This document shows positions 1 through 14,988 of a DNA stretch of 64,000 nucleotides, piece after piece. The translations under genes were made by a program, and so were the position numbers. The notes below the pieces were generated by a model. The model saw nothing but the letters and a program-made list of their open reading frames with translations, made no database searches and was not told the origin of the DNA. The stretch comes from Negaprion brevirostris (taxonomy: Eukaryota): the NCBI GenBank assembly GCA_030324005.1, contig JARDVH010000132.1:17699806-17763805 (forward strand), in the 5' to 3' direction. Every line of letters starts with the position of its first letter. The stretch's first letter is position 1.

Positions 1-69
1 GGGGCTAACAGTGTGATGGTCTTGTTGAGAGTACACAGTTCCTTGTATCGTCCAGTGATGTTGGTGCTC

Positions 70-200
70 ATGCTGCATTGTAATGTAGGAAACATGGCAG
101 CCAGTTTCTACCCAGCAAGCTCTGACAGACAGCTAATTTAATAATGGCAAGCTAATTTGTTTTTGAGATTGTGGTTGAGGGATAAATGTTGACCAGGACA
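70..200 (-). mobile_element. Fragment of a Deu-domain (SacSINE1-like) SINE
   Basis: aatgtaggaaacatggcagccag...ggttgagggataaatgttgaccaggaca resembles the reverse complement of the shark DeuSINE body as recalled. Confidence 0.55.
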
Positions 201-465
201 GTACATTGGTGCCTACACATTATAATGTATACAAGAATGTATTTAATTTGAAGATACTTGAATGTGGAGAATAGTTAATTTCACATTTTAATGCTGTGTA
301 CTGAACTGTATACATAATTATTTTCGGTTTTTGTTACTGATTTGAAGAATGTTCAGTAAGTTTTGTTTGTGAAAATTATAGTATCATTCTTTCATTGATA
401 TCCCAGTTTTGTTGCAATATTGCAACAATTCAAAAAGCACGGCAAGGCAAACTAATCTTTGCAAG

Positions 466-655
466 AAAAACAGAAAATGCTAGAAAATCTCAGCAGGTCT
501 GACAGCATCAGTGGTCAGAGCTTACCTCTGAAGGGTCATCCTGACTCAAAATATTGGCTCAATTTTCTCTCCACAGATGCTGTCAGACCTGCTGAGATTT
601 TCCAGCGCTTTCTGTTTTTGTTTCATATTCCAGCGTCCACAATATCTTGCTGTGA
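466..655. repeat. Hairpin (inverted-repeat) interspersed element, probably Penelope-like-element derived
   Basis: Arms 466-514 and 571-619 are reverse complements with few mismatches; related copies at ~6436-6490, ~14612-15150 and ~28670-28790. Confidence 0.75.
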
Positions 656-844
656 TCTTTGCAAGTGCTCTTTATACCTTTCAAAAATTAGTGTTGCCTC
701 TAATGTGGTGGTAGAATTGTACACTTAATTTGAATATTATGGGATGAACTTGTTTGGCTAGTTAAGGGGAGTAGATGTTACTGTACGTCACGAGTATTGG
801 CTAGTCTTTTTGTATGCATTATCCCTTCCACAAGTCACATAGGG

Positions 845-1085
845 CAGTCCAATGGCATGGTGGTTAGTATTGCTGCCTCTCAGTGCCAGGAATCTGGGTT
901 TGATTTGCAGCTCGGGTCACTGTGTGGAGTCTGCACGTTCTCCCTGTGTTCGTATGGGTTTCTTCCGCATACTCTGGTTTCTTCCCACAGTCAGAAAGAG
1001 GTGCTGATTAGGTGCGTTGACCTGAACAACGCTGGAGTGTGATGAGTCGGGGAATTTCACAGTAACTTCATTGCAGTGATTTAAG
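845..1085 (+). mobile_element. HE1-type tRNA-derived V-SINE, alternative tail (type 2)
   Basis: tRNA-like head (tggttagtattgctgcctc...gggtttgatt), central ctgtgtggagtctgcacgttctccc, tail gggaatttcacagtaacttcattgcagtg. Confidence 0.8.
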
Positions 1086-2025
1086 ACAGACCTACCATCC
1101 CAGGAATCAACCTGGTAAACCTTTGCTGCACTCCCTCTATACCAAGGGCATCCTTCCTTGGAAATGGGCACCAACACTGCATGTAGTATGCCAGGTGTGG
1201 CCTTGCCAATGCCCTATACAATTGCAGTAAAATTTCCCTTTTCTGTACTTGAATCCTTTCGCTGTAAAAAGCCAACATACCATTTGCCTTCTTTACTGCT
1301 TGCTGTACCTGCATGTTTATTTTCAGTGTCTAATGATAGAGATTTATTCTATGATAGAGGTTTATAAAATGTTGAGAGGAATAGATGGGATGGATTCTCG
1401 GAGGCTATTTCCCACAGCTGAAATGGTGGCTACGAGAGGACACAGGTTTAAGGTGCTGGGAAGCAAATACAGAGGAGATGTTGGATGTTGGGGAAAGTTT
1501 TTCACTGAGGGTGGTGAGTGAGTGGAATCGGCTGCCTTTGGTGGTGGTAGAGGTGAACTCGCTGGGGTCTTTTAAAAGACTTGTGGATGAGTATATGGGA
1601 TCTAATGGCATTGGGAATTTCAGATAGTTCTATGGCTTGGTAGGTGTCAATGTGAGTGGCGCAACTTGTGGGTCGAAGGGCTTGTTTGTGCTGTAGTGTT
1701 CTATGTTCTAATGCACAAAAACACCAAGGTCTCGCTGACTATTCACCTCCCTCAATTTACACTCATTCAAATAATAATCTGCTTTCCTATTATTGATACT
1801 AAAGTGGATAACCTCACACTTAACCACATTATACTGCATTTGCTATGCATATGCCCATTCACTCAGCCTATCCAAATCATGCTGAAGCATCTCTGTATCC
1901 TCCTCATAGCTCACCCTCCCATCCAGCTGTACCATCTGCAAATTTGGAGATAATACACTTACTTCCCTCTTGTAAATCATTAGTATATAATGTTAACAGT
2001 TGGGGTCATAAGAACAGATTTCTGT
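1086..2025. mobile_element. CR1-type LINE fragments: minus-strand RT pieces flanking a plus-strand 3' end (~1335-1710)
   Basis: Peptides VQQAVKKANGMLAF, LQLYRALARPHLAY, VQQRFTRLIPGM and MIEVYKMLRGID...TRGHRFKV. Confidence 0.85.
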
Positions 2026-3036
2026 GGTTATAAGACCTGTATCATTTTAATTATGCTTTACCCTGTTAATGCCTCATTTCTCCCTCCTTTTTGAAACTTT
2101 GAACAATTGATCCAAAAAATCGTCCAACAAGAATAAAGGTCTCCATTCATTATTAAGTCCTAACTTGAGGCAATTCTATCTTTTTTCTATCGTTGCAACA
2201 TATGTGGAGGACTTAGACTCCGCACTACGTGAAAAGGAGCACAAAGTTCTTCAGAACTGATATTTTGTTGTGGAATTTAGGTTTTCTCTTTTGTTTTGGT
2301 GGTTTTGTTTTATTTCTCAAATCAGAATAGAAAATGCTGAAAATATTGAGCAGTCTGATCTCCTGCAAGGAGGCGTAAAATCCACTGCTAATTATTGTCT
2401 TACATTTTCAAGCTGGTGTATGAAGAGTAGGAAGACCGAGCTGGCTAAAGTGAGCTGGGAAATTAGAAAAGCCGTGGCAAGCACTGAAGGGGATATTTCA
2501 TAACACTCAGCAAAGGTAGATTTCAGTAAGAAAGAAAGACTCCAGAAGGATGTGCTGTCTGTGGCAGTGGCACAGCGGCAAGGACCCAGGTTCGATTCCC
2601 AGCTTGTGTCATTGTCTGTACTGAGTCTCCCCATATCTGCGTTGGTTTCCTCCCACAGTCTGAAAGATGTGCTGGTTAGGTGCATTGGCCATGCTAAATT
2701 CTCCCTCTGTGTGCCTGAAAGAAAAAGATTGGACAGAATTTAAAATCCAGCCAAGAATGGTTAGAAATTGAAGTGTGAGAAAGCTGGCTGGATATGTAGG
2801 AACTTTTGTTTAAAAAGAAAAAGAGTTAATAAAGTGAGCGTTGGTCCTCCAGAGAGAGAGAGAATCTGGAGAATTATTAATGAGAAATAAGGAAATGTTG
2901 AACAGATGTTTTGTCTATCTACNNNNNNNNNNNNNNNNNNNNNNNNNNNNNNNNNNNNNNNNNNNNNNNNNNNNNNNNNNNNNNNNNNNNNNNNNNNNNN
3001 NNNNNNNNNNNNNNNNNNNNNNTTCAAAAGACGTTT

Positions 3037-3345
3037 GGGGTGGGATAGTGGTTAGCACTGCTGCCTCACAGCACCAGGGATCTGGGTTCAATTCCGGCCT
3101 CAGGTCACTGTTTGTGTGAGGTTTGCACGTTTTCCCCATGTCCACGTGGGTTTCCTCTGGTTTCCAACCACAGTCCAAAGATGTGTTTGTTAGATTGATT
3201 GGCCGTGGTAAATTGCCGTTTAGTGTCATGTGAATAAGCAGGGTAAATGCCGTGGGGACCCGGGCATAGAACTTGAGTGGAATTGTTGTCAGAGCAGGAC
3301 CAATGGGCCGATTGGCCTCCTGCACTGTAGATGTTCTATGATTCA
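3037..3345 (+). mobile_element. HE1-type V-SINE with CR1-derived tail (type 1)
   Basis: gtggttagcactgctgcctcacagcaccaggg...ggttcaattcc head; tail gggccgattggcctcctgcactgtagatgttctatg. Confidence 0.85.
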
Positions 3346-3369
3346 TTTGATAAAGTGCTACATTAAATG

Positions 3370-4095
3370 TCACTGCACAAACTAATAGCTCAGGGTGTAG
3401 GGGATAACATATTTAGCACGGATAGGAAATTGGTGTGCCAGCAGCTTATACAACTGTGTTATAGAGGGACTTGGTATCTTGCTACATGAATGGCAAAAAG
3501 TTAGGTTGCAGGTAAAGCAAGTGAGTAGGAAGTCGAAAGTCGACTTTATTGCAAAGAAAGTGGAATATACAAATAGGCAAGTTTTGCTGCAGTTGTACAG
3601 GCATTGATGAGATCACTCTGGAAGATTGTGTACAGTTTGGTCTCATTACTTAAGAAGGGATATAATTGCATCAGTTCAGAGAACATTCACTTGATTTTCT
3701 GAGATGAAGGATGAATGTGGTTATCTTATGAGAAAAGGTTGGATCTGTAACTGTTGGCGTTTAGCAGAATGAGAGGTGATTTTATTGAAATGTATAAAAT
3801 CCTGAGGAGTCTTGACTGATTGTTCCCCCGTGTGGGAAAGACTAGAATTAGAAGGTGTCATTTAAGACACAGATGAGGATAATTTTTTTTCTCTTTAGTA
3901 TTACTAGTCTAGAATTCTCTTCCCCACAGATCAGTGGAGGTAGGGTCATTGATTACTCTGTCATCTAACTCAGCCTTAAAAATATTCAGAGTATGGGCAG
4001 TGGACAGGAGTGTAGAGTTAGGGCCATAATCAGATCAGCCATGATCTTATCAAATGGCTGAGCAGGTGGAATGGTCTACTTCTAATTTATATGTT
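3370..4095 (+). mobile_element. Decayed CR1-type LINE, 3' part
   Basis: Remnants of LLQLYRALxRxxLExCVQFWS and RGDFIEMYKIL; tail agatcagccatgatctta...ggaatggtctact. Confidence 0.8.
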
Positions 4096-4234
4096 CATAT
4101 CTGTGTGTTTAATTCTAAACTCGTTAATCCCAAACTAATTCCTTTTACTGGGCATAAATTTTGTGAACTATAGTGATATTGGATAGTGCGAACATTGTTA
4201 TGGACAACACTAATATTTTCTACTTTTTCTGAAG

Positions 4235-4288
4235 GAAGAGAAAGCTTCACTGCTGCATCGAACGCAGGAAGAAAGACGGAAACGTGAG
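4235..4288 (+). CDS. UBE3C: UBE3C coding exon 2 (EEKASLLHRTQEERRKRE)
   Basis: Pyrimidine tract then ..gaAG|GAAGAG...CGTGAG|GTaaaa; 54 nt; translation matches the vertebrate UBE3C N-terminus as recalled. Confidence 0.96.
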
Positions 4289-5874
4289 GTAAAATAGAAA
4301 TTTTATTCACATTGACTTAAAACAAGAAATTGTGTGCATTTAGTAATATATTTGTGCAGTGCACTTTTCCTGTTTGATTCATAAAAGACCCTACTCCCTT
4401 AAAGTAACATTTTAGAATTAGTACATAAATTACTTTGTAAAATCTGAAATTTTGTAATTGTTGTAACTGAGTGTAAAATAAACTTGCTAAATTAACATTG
4501 GCATGGTAACACAGTGGACAGCATTGCTGTGTGGGGAGGGCCTGTCAGAGAGTCAGTTTAGATTCAATGGGCCAAATGGCCTCTTGTGTACTGTAGGGCT
4601 TATATGATTTTAAACTGTTTTAATGCAGCACAATATAATGGGTTGTGCATAATGTAAAACAACTTGAAGATGAAGGTAAAATAGATATTGTAGGATGTGG
4701 TCAATTAATGAATAAAGGCTATAACTTTCTACTTATCAATGTTAAGCCATGCTACTGCTAGGCAACTAAGTGTACCTTTCCAATTTTGACACACCATGCC
4801 ATTATTGAGAGCTCTCAGGACAGATAGAGGCTGTAGGAAAGCAAGATAAACACTAAAGCACCTGGACTCTGTCCCAGTGTGAACTTAACAGAAGCACCCA
4901 GTAAGAGAACCAATATACTCTCTGTCACTCGCTCATACCAACCACTTTTTGCCTTTCTTAAACAGTCTGCTCCAAATTGAGCTTTTTTTTTGCTGTGGGC
5001 TCCACTATATAAGAATTTTGAGCCAACAGTGGTTCAATCACTTGTCCTATTTTAAAAGGACATTGTGTGATCCAGCTTGACACCTAGTTCTCCAAACAAA
5101 AGTTATTTTAATTTTTTCCCCCCAACCCTTCAACTCTTGAAAGTGATGGCTCATAGATTTTGGAGATGGCATTGACTCTCCAATACCTCCCAGACAAAAG
5201 CTTTCTTTGAGTCTAAGCTTGAATCGTAAAATAGTATCGATGTCCACCGGACATTTGATTGAATGAGTAGAATTGGGACTTTATTATATTTTACCTCTGA
5301 TTCTTATAAACATTCATACATTTCCCACCTTTAGTTTTGATTCTAATGTGTGGTCATGCATGGATAATTTTTTTTGTTTTGCATATCATTTTGTTTGAGT
5401 TACTGATTTTAAAATCCAGACATCAGCTTCCAATAAACGAACAGGTTAATGACTATAGCCTTGAGCATCATAAAATGCAGTTTTACGGCACTATTAAAGT
5501 GTTTGTCCTTGGTTTACTGAAGTGACCTGTGGCTTTAACGGAGCAATAAAGAGAGTTGCAGTTCCGTGAAGTATTTTTGATATTGTAGAATGTCGTTCAG
5601 CTAGATAGATTAGGTATATTTTCATTTGCAAGCTGTTCAAATCAAACTTTCAGTATCTGAACCTTCACATTAAGGTGTCCACTTGCATCAGAAAAACTTA
5701 CTTGTACTGGCTAACACTTATATTTGCAATTTAATTAATAGAAGTTTAAATTATTTTCTTGCATCTTACTAAAATAATTTGTTACTAATTTTAGCATGCA
5801 TACCCCCTAACCCAAGGGTCTGACGTCTGATTAACATTTCATGAATTGGAAGACAGGTACACAATGAAAGGACA

Positions 5875-6420
5875 GAATCACAGGAATGTTACATCTCAGG
5901 AGGCTCTTCAGCCCATTATGTCAACACTGGCTTGCTGAACAATTCATTTCTGCCATTCCCTGCTTTCTCCCCATAGCACTGCACATTGTTCCTTTTCAAA
6001 TAACAGTCTAGTTCCCCTTTGAGTGCTTCAGTTGAATCTGCTTCCACTGCACTCTCAGGCAGTGCTTTTCATTCCCTAATTAGTTGCTCCATGAAAAGAA
6101 TGTCTCGTATTGCTTTTGCTTCTTTTGCAAATTACTTTCAATCTGCGCCACCTTGTTTTCAATCACTTCATAAGTGAGAACGGTTTCTCCCTATCTGCTC
6201 TATCTAGACCTCTCATGATTTTGAATACCTTTATCAAATCTCCTCTTGGCCTTCTTTTCTTCAAAGTCGTTTTTCTGATTTGTCTTCGTAACTGAAGTTG
6301 CTGATCCCAGAAACTATTCTCAAAACTTCTGCACTCTTTCCAGTTGCTTCAAATCTTTCCTAAAATGCAACACCCGGAAGTGGATACATACTCCAACTGA
6401 GGCTGGACTGGTGCCTTACG
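5875..6420 (-). mobile_element. CR1-type LINE 3' fragment
   Basis: Reverse-complement CR1 tail and RT end (acatactccaactgaggc; atgattttgaatacctttatcaaatctcctc). Confidence 0.75.
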
Positions 6421-6543
6421 TAACACACACGTCAAACAAAAACAGAAAATGCTGGAAAATCTCAGCAGGTCTGACAGCATCTGTGGAGAGTTGCTTTATA
6501 CAGTTGCCTGTTTCCACCAACTTGTCTTTTTGATGTTTTACAT

Positions 6544-8833
<2,290 letters not shown>

Positions 8834-8849
8834 TTCTACACTGTCCTTC

Positions 8850-11520
8850 TCTCAGATCACCAAAGTCTAGCTCATTAGTAAATATCAAGAAAAGCAAGGG
8901 TCCACACACTGATCCCTGGTGAACTCTACTACAAACCTTTCTCCAGCTGAAAAACCCTCCATTAACCATACCCATTGCTTCCTGCCACTCAGCCAGTTCT
9001 GTATCCATATTACGAATGTCCCTTTTATTCCGTTACCCATAACTTCACACACGAGTGTTATAAATACTGTATCAAAGGCCTTTTGGGAATCCCTGCACAC
9101 TGCATCAACAGCATTGCCCTCATCATACCTCTCTGTTACTTCTTCATAAAAATACTTCAGTTTAAAAAATACGATTTTCCCTTAAATCCATGCTGGCCTT
9201 AACTAATTAACCCATATTTATCCATGTGATAATTTTGTCCTGAATTATAGGGGGGGGGGGGGGGGTGAACAATTTTAACAAAATTGCTNNNNNNNNNNNN
9301 NNNNNNNNNNNNNNNNNNNNNNNNNNNNNNNNNNNNNNNNNNNNNNNNNNNNNNNNNNNNNNNNNNNNNNNNNNNNNNNNNNNNNNNNTGATTTATTCTC
9401 ATGAGAAAGTAATTTATATTCTCAGTTTTACTTCCCCATCTCTTTGTAAACTACTTAGAACAGAATGTAACTTAAGGCAGAGATTGGGTGGGCAAAACAT
9501 GCTTTCCACTTGCTCAATGCTGCCAATGTGAAGCCCAGATCATTGGGGGGGAAAGGGGGGTGGGGGGATTTTCACAAAAGTGCTGACTTGGCAAGAATAC
9601 GTGGTCTAGATCAAGACTTTTTTTAATGCTGCTATAGATCCGAATCTCCCCACTCTGTGCAATGCAGAGGTCACAATTGTGAATATCATTAAAAACCCAT
9701 GTAGGCGGGGCCTATTCACGCCAGAGTTTGACAGCTTTGGAATCTGCACATACGCAATGCCCCCAATATCAGTCTCCCTGTTTGCTGGTCTCCCTCCAGA
9801 CTGATCCCCATGCAGGGTGGCAGTGAAACCTCCACCCCCACCAATCACCCTGTTGGCACTGCTTGATGTCTAGTGAGCAGTGCCAAGGTGCCCCTTTGAC
9901 ATGGGCACTTTGCCCCTTGGGCAGCGCCAGTGGCATTGCCAGGCTGCCCATGCCCAGGGGCACCACCTCCTGCACTGCCCAACCCCCTACAGGCACCAAT
10001 CACCTGCCCTCCCCCTCACTCCGGTGGGACCTCTCGCTAGTTCCCCGATTGTGGGTATCTACTCTGAACCCCCCCCCTCTCCTGGTAAGCTGGGAGATGC
10101 TATCAGGCCTGGCAAGTTATGTGCCAGGCCTGATAGAGTACATTTAAAATAGATTAAAAAAATGTTTTAAAACAAATCAAAATTACTTCCCTGTCTTACC
10201 ACCAGTTTCCAGTGCGGTCCCCATTGCGCTTGTCCCCTGGTTCTAGGAGATGCGCGTGTGTCGGAACACGTGCGAATCCCGCAAAATGGCCGACACACGT
10301 TTCTCTTGGCCCAATCTGACAAAACATTTGTGGGCCGTAATGGGAGAATTGCCCCTATAGTTTCTAGAAATTTCTCCACCACTGAAGTTAAACTGACTGA
10401 CCTGTAGTTGTTGGGCTTATTTTCATACCTGTCTTCGAACGAAGGTGTAATATTAGGAATTCTCCAGTCCTCTGACACTACACCGAAGCCTAAGAAAGAC
10501 TGGAAAATTAAGGCCCGTGCCTCTGCAATTTCCATTCACTTACCTCTATCCCTTGGATGCTTCTCACTTGGTGCAGCTGCCCTAACAAGTTAAGTCAAGA
10601 GAGTTTATCCAATACCGCCTCATCAGTTTTAAGTTCTTCTAATGTCTGAAATACCACTTCTTTTAACATGGGTAACATCATCTTCCTTGATGTAATGTAT
10701 TCATTTGATACCTCAGCAATGCCCTCTTCCTTTGTGTGAATCTCTTTTTTTTGGTCCCTAATCTGTTCTGTTTTTCCCTTTCTTGTCACCTTTTTTACTA
10801 TTCATATGACTCTGGAGTCTTTGGGATTCTTTTATATTGGCAGCCAGTCTCCAGTCATACTCCCTCTTTGCTTCTCTTATTTGCTTTTTCACCTTCCCTC
10901 TGATCTTTCTGTATTCAATTGTATCTTCTAGCTGACATTTGTCATAAGCACAATTTTTCTTCTTTATCGTGGATCTCTTTTTTTTGTCATCCAAGGAGCT
11001 CTGGCTTTGATGGCGCTTGCCTTTTTCTTCAAGGCAGTGTACGTTGACTGCCCGAAATAGCCTATTACATAGTTACTGTTTATCCTATAACCTTTGACTC
11101 CCAATCATTTTTACCCCATTGCACTTGGCTTTTCCCCCAGTTAATTATTCTTGCTGTGGATCGTTCTTTGATCTTTTCCACTATCACCCTAAATCTTGCA
11201 ATACAATGATATGTTTCCTAAATGTTCTCCTTCTGTCAGTTGATTCACCTGGAACATTTGATTCCCAAGAGCCAATGTCATCTTTTACTTTGAACTGTAA
11301 GCATACTGCTGTAGCGAATCTTCCTGAACGCACTCTAAGAACTCTGCCCTTTACAATATCACTATCCCAGTCTATATTTGGATAATGAAAGTCCATCAAT
11401 TATTCTGTAATTTTTGTACCTCTTAATTTCCTAGCAAATTTCTTCTGCATTATTCCTAATAGTTGGTGATGTACAGACAACACTGAGCAATGTAAATGTA
11501 CCTTTTTGTTCCTTAGCTCT
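8850..11520 (-). mobile_element. CR1-type LINE (RT back to endonuclease region), interrupted at 9250-10355
   Basis: GVHQGSVCGPLLFLIFTN-like motif, SQKAFDTV, WIQNWLSGRKQ, EDWRIPNITP...PNNYRSVSLTSVVEKFLETI, DFHYPNIDW. Confidence 0.88.
9250..10355. mobile_element. GC-rich non-autonomous DNA transposon (MITE-like) inserted into the CR1
   Basis: G-rich left end, right end gggagaattgcccc, tata repeated at 9246-9249 and 10356-10359; CR1 reads through once it is removed; contains an N gap. Confidence 0.6.
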
Positions 11521-13110
11521 AGGAGATGGGTCGTCCTGAGAACGAAACAGATGAGAAAAAGATGGTTGGGTGAATAGATCTTAGCCCAGAAAATTGAGAT
11601 GTAGAATCCGTGTGTTTGGAGTTAAGAACAAACAGAAGGCATAAAAATCTGCCATGTCTAGTTTATAGGTCTTCTAATAGTCGTCATTACTTTGTGCAAT
11701 GTATAAGTGAGGAAGTTAAGGAACATATAACAAGGAACTTAAACAATTTTGCGTGACTTTAATCTTCATATAGATTGGGCAAGCCAACTTGGCAAAAGGG
11801 CATGTTCATGGAATACATTTAACAAAAATAGGTTGAAGGACTAAGTTATTTTGGATCTTGTATAATAAGACATGGTTAACGAGGAACTTTCCTACATTAG
11901 ATTAGAATTCAGAAGCCAGGCATCTGGCCTGAGTCCATGCAGGCATTTCAGCTCCACTTGAGCCACCTCCATCTTTCATCCTCTAAATGCACCATCACAG
12001 CCAGTTATTCTTTGCTCCCTTATGCTTGTTCAGTTTCCTCTTAAGTTACTCTTGTAGCGAGTTCCACATTTTCACCACTCTCTGGTGAAGAAGGTTCTTC
12101 TGAATAGGATTTCTTGTTGACAGATTCTGGTTTGCATGTTCTCCCCGTGTCAGTGTGTTTCCTCCCTCTGTCCAAAAGATGTGCTGGTTTGGTGCATTGG
12201 CCTGCTAAATTCTCCCTCAGTGTATCTGACCGGACATGCGAGTGTGGCGACTAGGGGATTTTCATAACTTAAGTGTTAACTACTTGTGACAATAATCAAT
12301 AGCTTGAGTTCTGCCCTTCCCCGCAACAGGAAACATTGTCTGTACTGCAAAGGATCCCCTGAGGAAGTGTGGTCATATTGTAAGTTTGAGAGAGATGTGG
12401 TTAACATCTGAAACTCAGATCTTTAAAATTTAAGAGCGCCAATGGAGGTGAGACTCCAGTTGCCCTATGGGATTGGGAAATCAGACTGCAAGATGTGGTA
12501 GATAAGCAATGGTGACCATTTAAAGAAATAATTCACAATTTCATATCCATTCCATTGAGAAATGAAAACTCCACTGGAAAATTGATACATCTGTGGCTTA
12601 ATAGAAGTTAAAGATCGTACTAGAATTAAAAAAGGCGTTTTACAAGGTTGGCTGAATATTGGAAGGGTTTTTAAAATCAGTAAAGTTTTTGCAAAGATGT
12701 AAAAGGACGAGGTTAGTGAAGGTAAGAATGTCGTGGAGACAGACACAAAAAATTATAATGAGATCAAGGAAACAGTGTTATATTTTTTGTGCCTGACATT
12801 ACAGTAGAAAAACAGAAGTAGATTAGGAATCCGTTCTATTGAGTGTACAAACTTTGAATAATTAATGGTTTAAAAGAGAAGTATTGGAAAATTAATGGAA
12901 CACCAAGCGACAAATCTCCTGGACCTAATAGCCAACACCCTAAGCTTTTAAATGAGATGATTGCAGATAAATACAATGCACTCGTTTTGATCTTCAAATT
13001 CTTGTGCATCAATGGGATATGGGGACGGGATGGGAAAGTAGAGTTGAGGTTGAAATTCAGTCATGATCTCATCGAATAGCAGAGCTGGCTGGAAGACCTA
13101 CTCCTCCAAT
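11520..13110 (+). mobile_element. Highly decayed CR1-type LINE with nested inserts, including an HE1 type-2 SINE fragment at ~12128-12300
   Basis: Endonuclease remnants (VESVCLEL, DFNLHIDW), aaatctcctggacctaat motif and CR1 tail at ~13015-13110. Confidence 0.7.
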
Positions 13111-14320
13111 TTACTTTCTTTCTGCGAATTATATTTTCCCTTTCTCACAATTGTCTCCGAACTGGAGTAATTTTTAACAGCAAAATAGCAATTAAGTTTG
13201 TACTGAGCAAGATAGGTTGGCCTATCTAGTTCTTGTTTAGTTGAACTTCTTGCTGTGTGCTAGTGTTGCCAGCATTTGACTTGTAGATTTTGAGTAGCAA
13301 GTGGCAACCTAAAAATGAGTTTAGATTCTCCAAGCGCTGTTTGTTGGTGAGGTTTGCCATTATGATGGGGGAACTGGCAAACCTTTACACGTGGCTGCTT
13401 TGAGTGACTTGCATGGTGGGAACCACAATTGTGCACAACTAAACAGATATAACATCAGCCGTCAGTGGTGCTCTGTTGTAGGGTCCATACTGATTATTGT
13501 TTCACTTCAACTTCTTTTTACTTTCACAACTCAGACTTCACCCAAAGAACCCAATTGCAGTTGGTGAACAAGATTGGAACTTGAACTCTGGCTGAAGTGT
13601 TTGTTCTACTTTAGATGTGTTCTTTGAATGTTCTATTATAGGTATTTACTTCAGTGCCAAAAGACAATTGAACTGCTTATTGTGTTTGTGTTAGTCCCAA
13701 GAGAAGTCAGTAGATCTATTCGGTTTCTGGTAGATGAGTTATCATGCATTGAACAAAGAACAAAAATCAGCCCGGGAAACAGGCCCTTTGGCCCAACGAA
13801 CCCACGCCGCCATCTCAACACCACCAGTCCTCCTCTCTACCCACGACCCCTGTCTAATGTCATTGTGAAGATAAGTTTTAACTGGATGCAGTGGAGCACA
13901 AGTGAACCCACTACTAATGGAGGTATGGATTCAATATCACCCAAGCAAGAAAAAGGGAGGAAAAATAATGAACTGTAAAACTTGGAGTTCCCAGCAGATA
14001 CTGCATGCAGTGTGCAACTCCCCCATCTCCTCTTGCCCCCAAACAACTAAAAACAGTGCAATGAAAATTTTTAGTACGTTTTTTTTTTACAGCTTTAATC
14101 AAGCTGCAAATATATGTGCATGTGTCAATTGAGTTTCATTCATTCATTCATTCCGAAAGTGTGATGATTACGTGATGGTGCTCCAATGCTTTAATCACAG
14201 AATGTGGTCCCATTTATTTCAATGATGCCAAATCTGTTGTTAAAGAATTGAATGTTGAGAAAATTTAAAGCAGCAAAGTTTCTAGGATGGACTTGTTAAA
14301 CTTTTATTTGTTTTTTCCAG

Positions 14321-14395
14321 GAAGAAAGACGAAGGCAGAGGAACGCAGTTATTATTCAGTCCTTCCTGAGGGGATATAGGGACAGGAAACAGCAA
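14321..14395 (+). CDS. UBE3C: UBE3C exon 3, IQ motif (EERRRQRNAVIIQSFLRGYRDRKQQ)
   Basis: ttttttccAG acceptor, GTacg donor, 75 nt, phase 0/0; IQxxxRGxxxR motif. Confidence 0.96.
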
Positions 14396-14825
14396 GTACG
14401 TAGGAGAAAATCATTCAAATAAAATTGCAAAGATTTGGATAGACGTGGTACTAATAAAGGGGTGCATTGAGAGCATTTACTAATTTTCGTAGAGGTATTG
14501 CTGATTAAACTTATGGGTTTGTGAAGTTGGGCAAGAAAGTAAAATATTTGATTCAACTAGAATTTTTTTGAAAATACTATAGTAAAGAAGTGTTTGAGTC
14601 ATCTGACACAATGTACTGTGGATGCTGGAAATTTGAAATAAAATCAGAAATTGCTGGAAATACTCAGCTGGTCTAAAGATATACAGGTTAGATGGATTGG
14701 CCANNNNNNNNNNNNNNNNNNNNNNNNNNNNNNNNNNNNNNNNNNNNNNNNNNNNNNNNNNNNNNNNNNNNNNNNNNNNNNNNNNNNNNNNNNNNNNNNN
14801 NNNCTGGAAATACTCAGCTGGTCTA

Positions 14826-14988
14826 AAGATATACAGGTTAGATGGATTGGCCAAGCTAAATTGCCCCTTACTGTCAGAGGGAAGAGCTAGAGTAAATTCA
14901 TGGGGTTATGGGGATAGAGCCTGGGTGGGATTGCAAACTCAGTGGGCTGCATGGCCTCCTTCTGCACTGCAGGGACTCTATCATTCTA
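14826..14988 (+). mobile_element. 5'-truncated HE1 SINE inserted into a hairpin repeat
   Basis: HE1 3' half flanked by tggtcta at 14819-14825 and 14989-14995. Confidence 0.75.

Noticed and set aside
3037-3110. tRNA gene-like sequences (A/B boxes) here and elsewhere
   Set aside because: Each continues into a SINE body; they are SINE heads, not tRNA genes.
14161-14260. GTGATGA as a possible C/D snoRNA C box near exon 3
   Set aside because: No CTGA D box or terminal stem at a suitable distance.
14654-14853. Exact 50-bp direct repeat (14654-14703 and 14804-14853)
   Set aside because: It flanks a 100-N gap exactly, the signature of an unmerged contig overlap.
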